Assembly: GCA_964016885.1 (NCBI GenBank)
Contig: OZ024742.1
Coordinates: 132,618,001-132,682,000, forward strand
Source of the DNA: Eledone cirrhosa
Lineage: Eukaryota
Length of the DNA stretch: 64,000 nucleotides
Direction of reading: 5' to 3'
Shown piece after piece: positions 45,475-61,538 of the stretch. Position 1 is the first letter of the stretch. Each line of letters starts with the position of its first letter. The notes under the pieces were generated by a model. The model saw nothing but the letters and a program-made list of their open reading frames with translations. It searched no databases and was not told where the DNA came from. Made by a program: the position numbers and the translations under genes.

Positions 45475-45650
45475 TAGAGTTATGGCCCTTTTATGGTCTG
45501 AGTTCAAATTCTACCGATATTAACTTTGCCTTTCATCCTTACGTGGTCGATAAAATAAAGTACCAGTAACGTACTGGGGTCGATTTAATCGACTTTCCTA
45601 TCCCTCCAAATTGATGGCCTTGTGCCTATATAAGAAACCATTATTATGAT
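45475..45650 (+). mobile_element. Octopus-type SINE (5'-truncated)
   Basis: GAGTTCAAATTC...CTTTGCCTTTCATCCTTACGTGGTCGATAAAATAAAGTACCAG. Confidence 0.85.
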
Positions 45651-47624
45651 TCCAGACGACGGTTTAACTTACCACATTGTGACAAATATTTTTTACACGA
45701 AGCTGCAAACGCTCATCTTAGATCGAGCAGCTTCACCTGTTTGACTCGAATTCCCACCTGCCATCTTCTGTACGGCTGTGCTACCATTATAGCAGAAGTA
45801 GGCTGACCATTCCAGGCTCAGTTTATTATACCAGTCTGGCTGACTATTTATTTTTATTTCATTGAGTTCTGGATGGTTCAATGGCAATTAAATCTATAAA
45901 TGTTATAAATTTAGGAGAAGATTTGAGCAACAGAATATCCCCTTAAGAAGGATAACTCCCTTATACACGGTATTCTGCACTTATCTCCCACTCCACGGTC
46001 ATAGCCCCCACAAAAAAGAAAGAATAACGTTAATAACAACATGATGCACTTTTGAAGAGTTATTTATTTCTAGATTTATTGCGACTATATATATTTAAAA
46101 AATACTTTAGCATTCGGGCTTTCTTTTCTTTTAATGATTTAACATATGTTCTTATATTTTTTAATGTAAGTTCGTCTCAAACGCATGTTTTAACATTCAC
46201 GAAGTTAATTTCATCTTTAATTAAATAACATTTTGGGATCTGATTTAAAATTCCTTGCTAAATTTAAAATAACTCGGAATTCGCACTAAAAACTATAAAC
46301 AAGATTTAAATAAAATTCATACAAATGTAAAATAAAGAATCCTCTGCAAACAACCCCCCCCCCCCCCAAAAAAAAACGAGAGAATATCATAAGAAAATGA
46401 AATAAAAAAACAAACCCTACAAAACAAAAATAAATCTACAAAACAACGAAAGCAGAAAAGTCTATTGCAATCATTCACTACCACCACACACACAGAACAA
46501 ACGTAAAAAAAAAACAAGAATACAACAAGATTAAGCAACAGTGGAGAAGAAAATGCGTATTAAAAGCATAGAAAATGAATGAATGCATGAATAAATAAAT
46601 AAATATTTCTGAAAATTCGCAACAGGCGCTCTAAAATCAACAAAACTAAGGGCTCTAACCTAAACGTTTTTCAATTTCAGTCTATTTATCTAGCTTTATT
46701 TCACACCATTACATTAGGTGAGGATGTTAAAAAAATATATATCTAAATTAAAGCAGATATAAAACATATTCAGAAAAACACAAACAAATGTGAAACAAAT
46801 AAGTAATATGCAAAATGAATATGCTACTCATGCAGGCTCAAGTAATCTACATCAATTTTTCTCATGAAAGGACAAATCTTTACATACTATACAAACATTA
46901 AAATTGTTGCATCTAATGTATAGATACTTTTTTCAAATTTACAACCACTTCAATTTTCTCCATATTTCTCCCCACCATCACTCTTTCTCTTTCTATATAA
47001 GTCTGTATATATTTTTATTGGTTCACACACATACAGACACAGGTGCGAACAGACAAACACTCAAGCTTGCACACACACAAACAGAGACACAGACACACTC
47101 ACAGACACACACACATATATATATTTATATATATGTATGTGTGTGTGTGCCTGTGTCTGTGCGTGTCTGTGTCTGTGTCTATGTGTATGTGTGTGCGTGT
47201 GTGCATGTGTGTGTCTGTGTGTATGTGGGTGTGTGTGTGTTTCTGTGTACGTGTGTATACACGAAAGTATAAATGAAGTATACATGAGTCCTTATAAACA
47301 TATGTATTCCTAAATATTCTGCTACATCACATTTCAACATATTCTTATCTCCCAATGAAATGACTTAGTGTATTTGTCTATTCCTCTTTATATATACCTA
47401 GGTTATATGTACATACATGGATGTGTATATTAACTATTTATATATACATATATATATATATATATGTGTGTGTGTATGTATATATGTATATAGATATAAA
47501 AACACACACACAAACATACATGTCAACACGTTTTCAACGTTGAAAACGTGTTGACATGTGTGTGTGTAGGTGTGTTTATATCTATATACATATATACATA
47601 ACCACACACACACGCACACACACA

Positions 47625-47726
<102 letters not shown>

Positions 47727-47832
47727 TCCATGAATCCATGTATGTAAATATAACAAAGGTATATATAAAGAGGAATAGAGAAAGACACTGTCTTTTCATC
47801 GGGAGATGTGAATACAATAAAGTAGGAAACAC

Positions 47833-47869
<37 letters not shown>

Positions 47870-47912
47870 TACATATATATATATATACATAAATATATAT
47901 ATATATATATGC

Positions 47913-48380
<468 letters not shown>

Positions 48381-48469
48381 ATATACTCCAGTCCTACAAA
48401 ATGTAGAGTGCTTCTTATCCGATATCTGCATTGCTTTATTGTACTACAATAAACCTCACCTCCTATATA

Positions 48470-48548
<79 letters not shown>

Positions 48549-48552
<4 letters not shown>

Positions 48553-49185
48553 TGGCTGCCAACTCGTTTTCGAGTACCACCACTACTTTATATCCATGCA
48601 GGAGAACCCCTACCGATGCGCTGACGAGAGTGACTTTTTAGTCCAGCCAGCGACTTGAAAACTCTGGTACAAACACTGCACTTGTGACAATTATTGATAC
48701 ATAGTGCTGGGCCCATTGTACCATGTGACGACAAGTGCAGAGAGATCTCCAGATATAAAGCAATGCCTGTGCCGTGAAGCTTTTATAGTGAACAAAGGCA
48801 CTGCACAAAGCCTATCCCACTCTCTTAACCAAGATGATATTTACCAAAAAGAAGAACAAGTCAACATCATTGGATACCATCAGGGTTGCAGGTGGTATAT
48901 CAGAGTTTTCCTTCTCCTAGAATTCTGCCTTGACAAAGGCTAAGGGGTCATCTCTCCCGGTGATTTTGGATGACCATTGATTCTTAAGAGCTCCTTTGCC
49001 CTTTGACAGGCTTTGTTTTTAGTCCTGCAGGATGTCCAAAGTCACCCTCCTCACCAAGATACCTTGGTGGGGTTGCCAGTTAAGTCGCCAACGAACCGAC
49101 CATGGTACAGGTTGTACTGGGATACATGTTACCAGTAGCACCAACTGGTGACCTGACTATATATATACATACATACATACATACA

Positions 49186-49221
<36 letters not shown>

Positions 49222-49735
49222 CATATGGTGGCTAAAAACTCTGCTAAGTATATTGTCATCGCTTGCCAGATTACAGAAAATAGTGCACTTTTAGGTTACG
49301 GCCAGTCACACAAACCTGTAACATATCCTGAACAAGCAATGCCTGTACTTTGAAGGTTTTGTAAGTGAGAAGAGGCCTAGTACTCGGTCAATCCCCTTCT
49401 CTGATCATCGAAACCACTATCCGAAAAGGAGAACTGGTCTATATCATCGGAACTTTCCGAAGCCGCACGTTTTTTTTCAGTTTCCCTCTCTTAGAAAGGT
49501 GTCGTGATAAAAAGTTGGTGCCTTTCACTCCCAGGTGAAAAAAAAAGTAATATTTGGATGGCCGTTGACTCAGCTGAGTTCCTCCACTCTTTGTCGGGTC
49601 ATGTATTTCATCCTGTATGTTATCCAAATATCACCCACTTCGCCAAGCAAGCTTGGTAGGGTTGCCGATGACCCGACCATGAGACAGGTTGTACTGGGTT
49701 ACATGTTACCAGTAGCACCCGAGAACGACCTGACA
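48549..49735 (-). mobile_element. Two tandem copies of the RTE-5'UTR-like element (48549-49157, 49225-49735) separated by (CATA)n
   Basis: They align with each other and with 35433-36065. Confidence 0.75.
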
Positions 49736-49736
49736 C

Positions 49737-49767
<31 letters not shown>

Positions 49768-49773
<6 letters not shown>

Positions 49774-50060
49774 AGTAAGTCAAATATGTAAAATGTGGCT
49801 TCGTTTATTATAAATTATAGATATACTGCTATATATAATTCGGTGACAGCCATCATTGGCTGTGACCTCTCCAGGCAGTCCGAATTGGTGTAGGAAAGAC
49901 AGGTACACATGTTGTTGAAGTGTCTTTTACTCCGTCAATACATCGATTTGTCCAGCTCCTGGTTGTGTTGTTATTTCTCTGAGGAAATGGAATCGATATG
50001 ATTCCAGTTCCTCCTCCTCTCTATGTTCATCGTTTATCACCAAACACTTTCTTTTAAACA
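49768..50060 (-). mobile_element. PLE 3' end (GIY-YIG C-terminus + HHR tail), family A
   Basis: REEEELESYRFHFLREITTQPG resembles the R..E..WI..L.T..P.G PLE terminus; followed by an HHR and (TA)n. Confidence 0.6.
49825..49879 (-). ncRNA. Hammerhead ribozyme, two core substitutions
   Basis: Reverse complement: ACTGC-CTGGAGA-GGTCACAGCCA atga TGGCTGTCACC-GAAT-TATATA-TA-GCAGT. Confidence 0.72.
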
Positions 50061-51555
50061 CCCTCTCCGTATCTACTAAAATAACACTCTCCCCCCTATA
50101 TATATCTACCACCTCACCGACACCTTTATTCCCTTTTCTATTTAAATCACTCCCAAACTCTCCCCCTCTCTATATCTACTACATGGTACTTTCTCATTAT
50201 CCCTCTCTATATATCAACAACCACCGAATTCTCCCCCTCTCTATATCTAACATACAAAATACTCGCCCACCTCCCTCTTTTTATCAATCATCTCCCAACT
50301 CTCCCCATCGTCATCTCTATCACACTCTGTCGCAATCGTTCTCTCAAAATCCATCACAAACTACCCCCTCAATATCTTATACAACAATACTTCATCCAAT
50401 CCTCCTCTATATATTCAGCAATATTTATCTCTCCCAACCGCCTAATTGTATCTACAAGCAATGGAGTTTGCCATTCTCTATCTATTACTACACGTCACTC
50501 TTCTTTCAATCCGCCTCACTATATCAATTACGACTAAACTATCTCCCTCTCTATATCTACCATACAACACTCTCTCTCTTTCTCTCTCATTCTATCAATC
50601 ACTACCAAACTCTCATCCTTTTTTATATTTCACAATAACTGTCTCTCTCAAACCTCTGATTCTATTAACTCCAAACTCTCCTTATCTTTATATTTACTAC
50701 ACGAAACTCTCTTCTAATCCGCCTCTCTATATCTACTAACGGAACTCTCTTCCAATATCCATCTCTATACCTACTACAGGGAACTCTCTCTCAATCCTCC
50801 TCACTCTATCAATTAACACCAAACACTCCCCCTCTCTATATCCAGTGCACGGAAGTCTCTTCCAATACCACTCTCTATCTATCTATATAAATTATCATCA
50901 AAATCTCCCCTTCTCTATATCTAACACACGTCACTCTCTTTCATTCACTCTCACTCAATCAATCACTACCAAACTATCCCCCTCACTATATCTATCAATC
51001 TCTAACAATCCTCTCATTCTATTAATTACCACTAAACTCTCCCCCTCTCTACATCAACCATACAGCACTCTCTTCCAATCCCCCTCTCTACATCTACTAC
51101 ACGGAACACACTTTCAATAGACCTCTCTATATGAATTAACACCAAACCCTACCACTCTCTTTATCTACTACTCGATGTTCTCTACAAATCCTCCTCTCTA
51201 AATCAATTAAAACCAACTCTTACCCTCTTTATATATAATATACAACACACCCTTCCAACCTCCCTCTATATATCAATTACCACCACATTATCCCCCTCTC
51301 TATATCTACCACACGACTCTCTTTCCTTCCCACTCACTCTATCCATCACCTCCAAACTACCCCCTCACTATATCTAACTATACCTACCTCTAGTAATCCT
51401 CTCACTGTCATTAACACACAATTCTTCCTTTTTGGATATCTACTATACGGTACTATCTTCCAATCCGCCTCTATATATCAATTAACACCAGACTCTCCCC
51501 CTCTCTATATCTACTACACGGAACTCTCTTCCAAGACCCCTCTCTATATCAATAT
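50060..51555. repeat. Degenerate pyrimidine-rich minisatellite (composite unit of roughly 65 bp)
   Basis: Recurrent CTCTATATCTACTACACGGAACTCTCTTCCAATCC and CTCTATATCAATTAACACCAAACTCTCCCC. Confidence 0.8.
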
Positions 51556-51729
51556 CATTTTATCACATCTATCTCTACATAACATATACATAAAATGTAG
51601 CACGTATACAATTAGATGTGTTTTGGTAGTTTCAGGACAAAAATATAATTATTGGGCGGGGGGGGACATTGCCGCTCCCCCCGTTCCACCACCCCTGATA
51701 CATACATGGATGCATACATATATATATAT

Positions 51730-51918
51730 ATAGGAAAAAGTATGACCCTGACGGCAGAGCTCAAGCCGTTGCGACGGCTATTTCCAGAAACAGCCGTCGA
51801 AACGGCTTGAGCTCTCGCGTCTGGGTCATACTTTTCCTATTTCCTTCTCTACTACCCTAAGTATTGAGTACTCTGGTGCGTTATGGTACATCTGGTTCCT
51901 TACCACAATTCCTTTGTT
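51730..51918 (+). mobile_element. Fold-back element family B, second copy, in (TA)n
   Basis: Palindrome at 51730-51840; the tail aligns with 39514-39591. Confidence 0.9.
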
Positions 51919-52083
51919 ATATATATATATTGTTATATATATATATAGCCCACTAAATATTAACACTTCGAATATTTAATATTGCCGGCACTAGTATCGA
52001 GCACATTTGGCATACGCTACTTGGCAAATAACTATATGTATCACTTATCCTCCCCTTTTTTTCTCTCTCTCGATACGTAAATA

Positions 52084-52137
<54 letters not shown>

Positions 52138-52152
52138 TGAGCCCTCTGCCAC

Positions 52153-52456
<304 letters not shown>

Positions 52457-52584
52457 AACATTTCCAATGATTAACATAAATCTGGTGTTAATGTGATGTT
52501 AATATAGCATAGTAGTCAGTCTCATGTAAGTTGTAACATATGGTTTCTGATTGAGGTACAAGGACATCAATTTTATGGTGAAGC

Positions 52585-52977
52585 GAAAGTCGATAAAATA
52601 AAAGAACAGTGCGTAACTGATACTTTCTTTCATGGACCTCGTAAGGATGAAGGGCAAAGGTAACTTCGTCGACAATTGAATTCAGGAGGTAAAGGGAAGT
52701 AACTATATGTAGTCTGTTGCTATACAGATACAGCCAATCCACAGCCCTTATAGAAACAATAATTGTTTCTATTTTTTGGCAAAAGGTAAGCAATTTTGGG
52801 GGAGGTGAGATTTGATTAATCGACCCCAGTGCATTACTGGTACTTTATTTTATCGACCTCGTAAGGATGAAAGGCAAAGTTAACCTCGGCATGATTTGAA
52901 CTCAGAACGTAAAGGACCATAACTATGCTGCAAAGAATAGCGTCCGACACTCTACCGATATTGCCAACCCACTGTCC
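52585..52977 (-). mobile_element. Two adjacent octopus-type SINE copies (one degenerate)
   Basis: GACCTCGTAAGGATGAA(A/G)GGCAAAG at about 52635 and 52855; TTTGAACTC B-box (reverse complement). Confidence 0.8.
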
Positions 52978-54244
52978 TTTCTTATAGAAATAATAATGAA
53001 ATTAGCGCATTTCTCACATTACTCCTGCATTACGCAATGCAAGTTTATATATTATTGCATGCTGGTAGTATTTTCTTTTCTCTAACAACACACAGCGGCA
53101 AAATAAAGCCAAATAACATTACTAATGAATAATAATTAACGCGTAAATCGATAATATATCAACAATTGTTGAGTAGGACAATGGTTGGAGAATAAGTTAA
53201 TACGTTTGGGGCCACGATCTTATGTAAATTCAAGAAGCAGACAGTCGATCATCCACTGATGCTACATAAATCTACCCGGTATTCATATACCTTTTGAATC
53301 ATTAAAAGAAAACATATTCATACATCTGATATAATATTTCATTTCTTTTGAAATAACATCGTTTCTTTAGCTTGTCAGCTATACATTAAATATCAAGGCC
53401 GGAACATTATTTCCATTCTTGGTCGGGGATCTATGATGCCGGATTACATTTTGGGTTATATGAAATTCTCAGTTAAGTGGCGATTGGCTTTGATTTAGTA
53501 TAGTAAAATAAATGATGTTCAAGAAAGTACATGTCGTGTATTGTTTGTTTCTTTATGTGTGTAGATAATTGAACAAGAGACAGTAATTTAAACATTTCTA
53601 TTTCGACACAATTAAACACAATAAACTACAGAGCTGTCGAACTGAAGCGAGCATATACTAATAACACTGTACGTAATTCCGTGGCGAGAGAAAGAATTGC
53701 GTACTCCTGAAACCGTTATACTGTACTTCTAACCTCTCGGATAGAATTGTTTGCCTCCATTTAGCTGACACATAATATATAAGCAAAACACACGAGAACG
53801 CTTTAAACATGATTGTAATGTGATTTGCTGTCGTTAAATAATGAAACAATTAAACAGCATGTGTTACGTAACACTCAAATTGAGTTCAATGCACGATAGT
53901 ACAATGAGATAAAATCCAAAATTCAAATAGATGTGATAGTATACATATGAAGAGCAATAAATTAAATGTACTAAAATATTTTTAAATATATTATATATTA
54001 GTTATGGAAGGTTATAAAGAGGTAAATGTGGTGTAGTGTTCAAATGAGCTCTAGATAGAGACATGTTCATAACTATTTTTATATCTGCCTTTTTCCTCGG
54101 GTGACGACCGTTATTGAGGACTTCATCTTCCGTGTATCAATTCCCAATTTTGGCCAACCCATATGATTGTGAGATCGATCAAATGTTTGACCCAATCATC
54201 AGGAACCTAATGACTGGTTGACAAATTTGTTCGGTCTTACAATC

Positions 54245-54683
<439 letters not shown>

Positions 54684-55117
54684 TGATGTATGTGCCTGTA
54701 GCATTAATGTCAGTATTCAATTTTCAAAGTTCATGAAATTTTGATTTTCTAGCCTATACCAAAACGTCAGAAGAAAACTCTGAACGTATTTAGAAAATTG
54801 GCTTTTTTAAAGTTTATGATGAAATCATATGAATGTATTTCGGTCTGTGAAGCCTATATAATATATTTGATATAAAGTTTCTATTTTGAGGTTTATAGCA
54901 TCTCCATGTTCAATGTATAGACATTAATGTGTTGCGTGTTTGTAGATACATTATGTATTCATCTTTTTCATTCATACATGGTAAATTCAGTTTCATAGAC
55001 AACACTATGATGTTCAATTTAATACCAAAATTCGCTTTACAGATGTCTATACACGCACACATATACCTGCCTATGTATCGCTCTCTATCTCTAGCACTCT
55101 CTCTCTCTCTCTCTCTC

Positions 55118-55152
<35 letters not shown>

Positions 55153-55540
55153 TTTTTACACGTTCCAGCCACCCGGCTGAGGCAATGCTGAGGCACCGAC
55201 CTTAAATTATTTTTCTTCTTTTGGAATTGAACTCTGAACAGTCACTGCAATTTAAAATTGGCAATTGCTTAATCGGCAGTTGTACCACTCAACCACCGTG
55301 TCTATGTATCAAATAAACTTTATACGTTCAAATCACTTATGTATGTTTAGCTTGATTTGGTTTTTGGCTTGGGTGGTTAATGCTTTCTTGACCACCTTTT
55401 CAGTTTTGTATGGCTTCTTAACACATTGTTTAGCTCTGGTTTTTAATTATTGAGCACTTTGCCAGTATCATTTCTGATTTTTGCGTTTCGCTTCGCTTAT
55501 CCTGCCCGCCGAAAATGCGATTCTCGCTGAATCTTTATTC

Positions 55541-55593
<53 letters not shown>

Positions 55594-56761
55594 GAAAATA
55601 AAGTAGTGAAATATTAATGTTTATAAATTTTGATTACTTAAGCCATAGTTAATATTGTATCGCCTTATTAGATATTTTAAATATTTTCAATATTAATTTA
55701 TCGAATAGGGTTTTCGAATCATTTACCTGGGTTGTTTCCTAAGTTTTTACTTAACTGCATGTGAGACCTAAGTAAATACTTTTGTTTTTGTTTTTTAATT
55801 TCCGGTTGATTTTATTTTATTTATTTATTTACTTATTAATACTACTGTGCATTCTATTTTCTGTCTGGCCCTTACTCACTCATCTACATATATGTCTGTT
55901 TACCAACCTTGTAATTATAAGTAATTATATATTATATTATGTTCATTATTTTATATTGTAGTTGTTATTGTACTATTGATCCTTATTACTTACCGTTGAT
56001 TTTATGTACCATTATGATATGTTAAATTTTATATATCATGTAAGATGTTTATATTTGTGTACCATCATAATTTTGGGTATTGTACAATTTATATTTTTTT
56101 CTCACTTACTCTGTAACTCTATATGAATTGATTTGTTAACTTACATGCCATTATATATCAGATATATTATTATATTATTATTATAGTATTATTGTGACAT
56201 CTATATTGTTTGTGTAAATTAACCGGAGATTATCTATTATATTATATTATATATTATATAATTATATAGTTTATTATATATTATATGTGCTACTTTTAAT
56301 CATTTCATTACTTCATGTATATTAGATATACGTATTATTATTATTTTTATTCCTATCATGCTTGTTTATGTTTAAACTCTTAATAAGGTTTAATGTGTGC
56401 TGTTAATGATGGATATGTGTATTGATGTATATGTATATGTGCGCACGTGTGCGTACATATATACATATGTATATTGTGCCTTTTAATTTTTATTTTTATT
56501 TTAATATTGTTACAAGTATATTATATTATATTATATAGCATTATATATAATTCCCGCTCTATATAACGACCTTGTTTTAGCTCTAGTTTTTTTTTGCTTT
56601 GGACTATATTTGTAATATGGTTCTAAATGTTATACACCTCCTTAGTGATTTTTATTATATATTTTTACCCATAATCTTGCAATACTTTAGTGTATGTACA
56701 CTCCATATTCTTCGGAGTTTTCGGCTTATATTGGCCGATAATACTTCTTGTTGTTTTAATT

Positions 56762-56799
56762 GCCCTGATGAGTCCTTAATAGGACGAAACATTGTTGGC
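56762..56799 (+). ncRNA. Canonical hammerhead ribozyme core
   Basis: GCC-CTGATGA-GTCCT taat AGGAC-GAAA-C att G-TT-GGC, then AATAAA at 56801. All conserved core nucleotides are present; predicted cleavage after 56796. Confidence 0.9.
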
Positions 56800-57032
56800 T
56801 AATAAAGACTTTTGATGTATTGAAGGCTTCTTTGTTTTATTTTCATAATTCTTCGGCTCTGTTTAATTACATTGAGCTATAACTTTTACTGTCATTTCTA
56901 TAATACGAAGAGGGTGTTTAACTCCAACACGCTCCAGTATTTTAATCCTTATATATATATATATATGTATATACATTTCGTTTCTGAATTTGTTTAGCAA
57001 GACTCTTTATCTGGAAACGTGTGTTGAAACCA

Positions 57033-57652
57033 ATATTGTTATGCTTTGCGAGGGTCATGTTGCCAATAAGAAAAACACGCACCAGTTGTTTTCACTCCAA
57101 TTTATTATAAGTTAAATTCATAAATTTAAGAATTTATAAATTTCCGGTTGGTTGGTTGGTTCCATATATTGTCAAAGTAGTTTCGTCACACATTCTGTTA
57201 CCTCTTCAGTGACTGGAGATTATTTTATTTGTTTTTGTGCCTCTTTTATTTGTTTTTGTGCCTGTCCTAGGCCATTTTGTTTTGGGGTGTGTTGTGTACT
57301 TAGTTTGCGCATGTGTTACATCCGCGTGTCTGTGTGTGTTTATATTTGTTTATTTATTTGTTTATTTATATGTTACTGGTTGGTTGTTTGTTCTATGTGT
57401 GTGTGTGTGTTTTCATTTTGTCCTTAATTGTAAGTTGTGATGTTGCTATTCCATTGATGTTTTCTATTTAATTTTGGTTGGAGTTCATTTATGTTTATTG
57501 CCTCTGTGATTCGTCTAAAGATTGCGTCTTTTCTGTGTGTAGATTCTATGTTAATTTCTATGTTCTCTAATTTACCCTTATGTTCTATTTTAGCATGTTG
57601 GTGGAGTACAGATGATTATTTTCTATCTTGAAGCTCTCGCCAGTGTTCATTT
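57033..57652 (-). mobile_element. 5'-truncated copy of the 355-3494 PLE (EN tail + pseudo-LTR)
   Basis: The reverse complement aligns to about 2885-3495. Confidence 0.93.
57171..57213 (-). ncRNA. Hammerhead ribozyme, sister of 3315
   Basis: Reverse complement: GTCA-CTGAAGA-G-GTAACA gaatg TGTGAC-GAAA-CTACTT-TGAC. Confidence 0.72.
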
Positions 57653-57711
57653 AAACAAATAAATATATATATATATATATTTATTATATATATATATATA
57701 TATCATATATA

Positions 57712-57951
<240 letters not shown>

Positions 57952-58562
57952 CACATATATATATATATATATATATCTGTGTGTGTGTGTGTGTGTTTGT
58001 GTGTGTGTGTGGCTGTGTGTGTGTGTGTGTGTGAGAGTGGGTGTATCTATATAATATATATGTGTGCGTCTATGTGTGTGTGTTGGGATATAGAAATACT
58101 CGGGCTAGTTCCCGAGCACAGAGTTAGTACACCGGCTGTGCGAGACCTAGTACATGTTAAGGAACTATTGTAGTAGATGCTAAGCGTATGTTGGATACAT
58201 GTCAGCTTTGTTCATAGTTTGCGAGATCTTTCTTGACGTCAAAAAAACTTCATGCCTATGCATCACTTATTCGAAACGACTTTCAAATGTGTTGCATGAG
58301 TATTTCTTTTCTTTTTATTCCGATGCAGCCTATGCAGAAAGGAATCTAAGTCCCTGGGTGCTAAAACGTTATGTCACTCACACTCATATATAAAAAAATG
58401 TTCAAGGCATGGCCATTCTTGAATCTTAGATGCAACTGTTATATATATATATATATATATGTATGAAGTAATTTCGTCGGAAAAGTCCAGGAAAAAAGAG
58501 TGCTCTATGTAAGCAACAGAGCTTAATTATTATTATGTAATAAACAACATAAGGCAATTATT

Positions 58563-58618
58563 CCATTTACCAGTGGTTTCTTAAAAGCAAAAGGTTTTGC
58601 TTTCAATCCTCAGAATGA
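58563..58618 (-). ncRNA. Hammerhead ribozyme (mirror of 61701)
   Basis: Reverse complement of 61701-61756. Confidence 0.8.
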
Positions 58619-58886
58619 AAAAATCCTGGTTTGTTTATTGAATTTGGATCTTAAAAACAAAAAAAGCAAGCTATATGAAAGTGAGGCTGGAGAAGGAAGA
58701 AGGAAAGGAAAAATAAAAATAAAATAAGACTACCCATACAACCACACATACATGAAAACACACACACACACACACACACATACACACACGCGCATACACA
58801 CACACGTTATTCTGGGTTGAATCGGAGGCAGCCACAGGAAGCAAGGCACTCAGTACACCGCAGAGCATGAAGGTTATAATACAGAT

Positions 58887-58953
<67 letters not shown>

Positions 58954-59068
58954 GTATGCGCGCACGCACGCACGCGTATACAAATATAAATATATTTCCC
59001 CCATACACATGTGTGTGCGTGCATGCGCGCATACGCGCAGGGTATGTTCTGTTGGAAGTGTCTCGTGA

Positions 59069-59330
59069 ATTGATAAACGAACATCAACGGCCCTCGCAGG
59101 TAAGGTGTGGGAACTCAAGGATAGTAACATCCCGTACTATATTGATTGGTCTATATTAGACCATTCGAGGGAGTACCAAAGGGGCACAAAGAATTGTTCT
59201 TTGTGTACCACAGAAAAGTAAAGGATTTTGCTAAACTTGAGAGACACTTCCGCTTGCCTTAATTCAAAGACTGAGATCTTCAGATGCTGTCCTCATCTGA
59301 GACCGCACCTGATCTGTAACTGGATTGACA
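59069..59330 (+). pseudogene. PLE GIY-YIG C-terminal fragment
   Basis: ALAGKVWELKDSNIPYYIDWSILD...KNCSLCTTEK*RIL...LNSKTEIFRCCPH. Confidence 0.8.
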
Positions 59331-59738
59331 CTCCTATGAGAAATCAACCGCCTTGAACTCCTTCTTCCGCTCTTTACTTCTGCTACGGTTTTTATTTTAC
59401 TGTTTCTACGTTCTGTACTCTTGTATACTTACATTTATTATATATTTTTTTCTCCCTTACCTCCCCTTATAATTTACCTTCTCCTATGCCCCCCCCCCCA
59501 CATATATTCTTTTTCCCTAGCCCTCCACATACCTATGTTTATGTGTGTGTATATTTGTGTGTATATATGTATATGTATATGTATATATATATGTATATAT
59601 ATATAGATATGTGTGTGTATGTGTGTATGTATATATGTTTATACGTATGTGTGTGTGTGCCTGTGTGTATGTATTTATATATGTATGTATTTGTGTGTGT
59701 GTGTATATATGTGTATGTGTGGATAAGCCAGGTTTCTC

Positions 59739-59794
59739 TCATCCTGAAGATTGTAGGAACATTTTTTTGCTTTTAAGAAACCCTTGGTAAATGG
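59739..59794 (+). ncRNA. Hammerhead ribozyme, diverged family C copy
   Basis: TCATC-CTGAAGA-TTG...TAA-GAAA-CC ctt GG-TA-AATGG. Confidence 0.68.
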
Positions 59795-60056
59795 AATAAT
59801 TGCCTTATGTTGCCTTAATACTTTACTACTATATATACGTATAAGTAAAGTCCTTATGATTTATCTAAGATTGAGTTTTACATACACACACGCATATACG
59901 TGTGTGTATGCGTATGCATGTGTGTGTGCGTGGTTGTGTATGTGTGTATATGTGTATATGCATGTATATGTATATATGTATATATATATATATATATGTG
60001 TGTGTATATATGTGTGTGTGTACATATGTGCGTGTGTATATATTGATAATTGTATG

Positions 60057-60093
<37 letters not shown>

Positions 60094-60607
60094 TTGTGTT
60101 CTGTTGTGAGTGTTTATGATATATACGTATGTGTATGTGTATAATTGTTTAGCTATGTATGTATATGTGTGTGTATGTGTACGTGTATATATATGTGTGT
60201 GTGTACGTTTGTATTTATGTATATATATGTGTGTTTATGTATGCATATATGTGTGTGTGTGCATATAGTTGTATACACATGTGTGTGTGTGTGTATAGAT
60301 TGTACACTTGTGCGTGGTTATGCATGTATGCGTATGTATGCGGTTATGTATTTGTATTTGAAATTTTTTTATGTGAGAGTGTGTGAATGCGTTGACTATT
60401 TCGTGCGTATGTATATGTGCTTTTGTGTGTGTTTCTTACCACGCTTGTCTGTCCAGTTTGCTGCCTTATGTAACGGTCTCAATATTTTTATAATATATAT
60501 ATATTTTCTTATATTTATTTGCGTGTGTGAATATGTAGAGGAGTGCATTTATGTATGTGTATGCATGTACGTGTGTATATATGCTTGATTGTGTGAATGT
60601 ATGTATG

Positions 60608-60651
<44 letters not shown>

Positions 60652-60817
60652 TATATATATATATATATATGTGTGGGTATGGCTATGTGTACGTATGTGT
60701 ATGCGTGTACACACGCGCATATATGTATATATATATATATGTGTATATATATGCGTGTGTATATGTGTGTGTGTGTGTATGTGTGTGTATATATGCATTT
60801 GTGTGTGTGTTTGTGTA

Positions 60818-60909
<92 letters not shown>

Positions 60910-61295
60910 AATGTTTGTATATGTTTGTTCTTAGAGGAACAAAGGCAGACATATTTCTGTATTCAGATTGGAGCCAATCCTTATCATTAGCTTTCTCTTT
61001 AGCTTACAGGTGTCTGTAAGATCAGTATGGGTTCAGTCATGGTAGATAGTTTTGGAGGAAGGGGAGATTCCTTAAAAGCTAAATTCTTAAAGGTTCTAGT
61101 AAATTGACGAAGGTTTAGGGAATTCTGTAGACAATTTCTAAGTATAATCTATACAACTGTAGCCATAAACTCACGAGACACTTCCAACATAACATACCCT
61201 GCGCGTATGCGCGCATGCACGCACACACATGTGTATGGGGGAAATATATTTATATTTGTATACGCGTGCGTGCGTGCGCGCATACACATGCCCGC

Positions 61296-61372
<77 letters not shown>

Positions 61373-61475
61373 ATCTGTATTATAACCTTCATGCTCTGCG
61401 TTGTACTGAGTGCCTTGCTTACTGTGGCTGCCTCCGATTCAACCCAGAATAACGTGTGTGTGTGTGTATGCGCGT

Positions 61476-61538
<63 letters not shown>

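Noticed and set aside
48615-48675. CTGACGA...GAAA
   Set aside because: Stem I does not pair convincingly.
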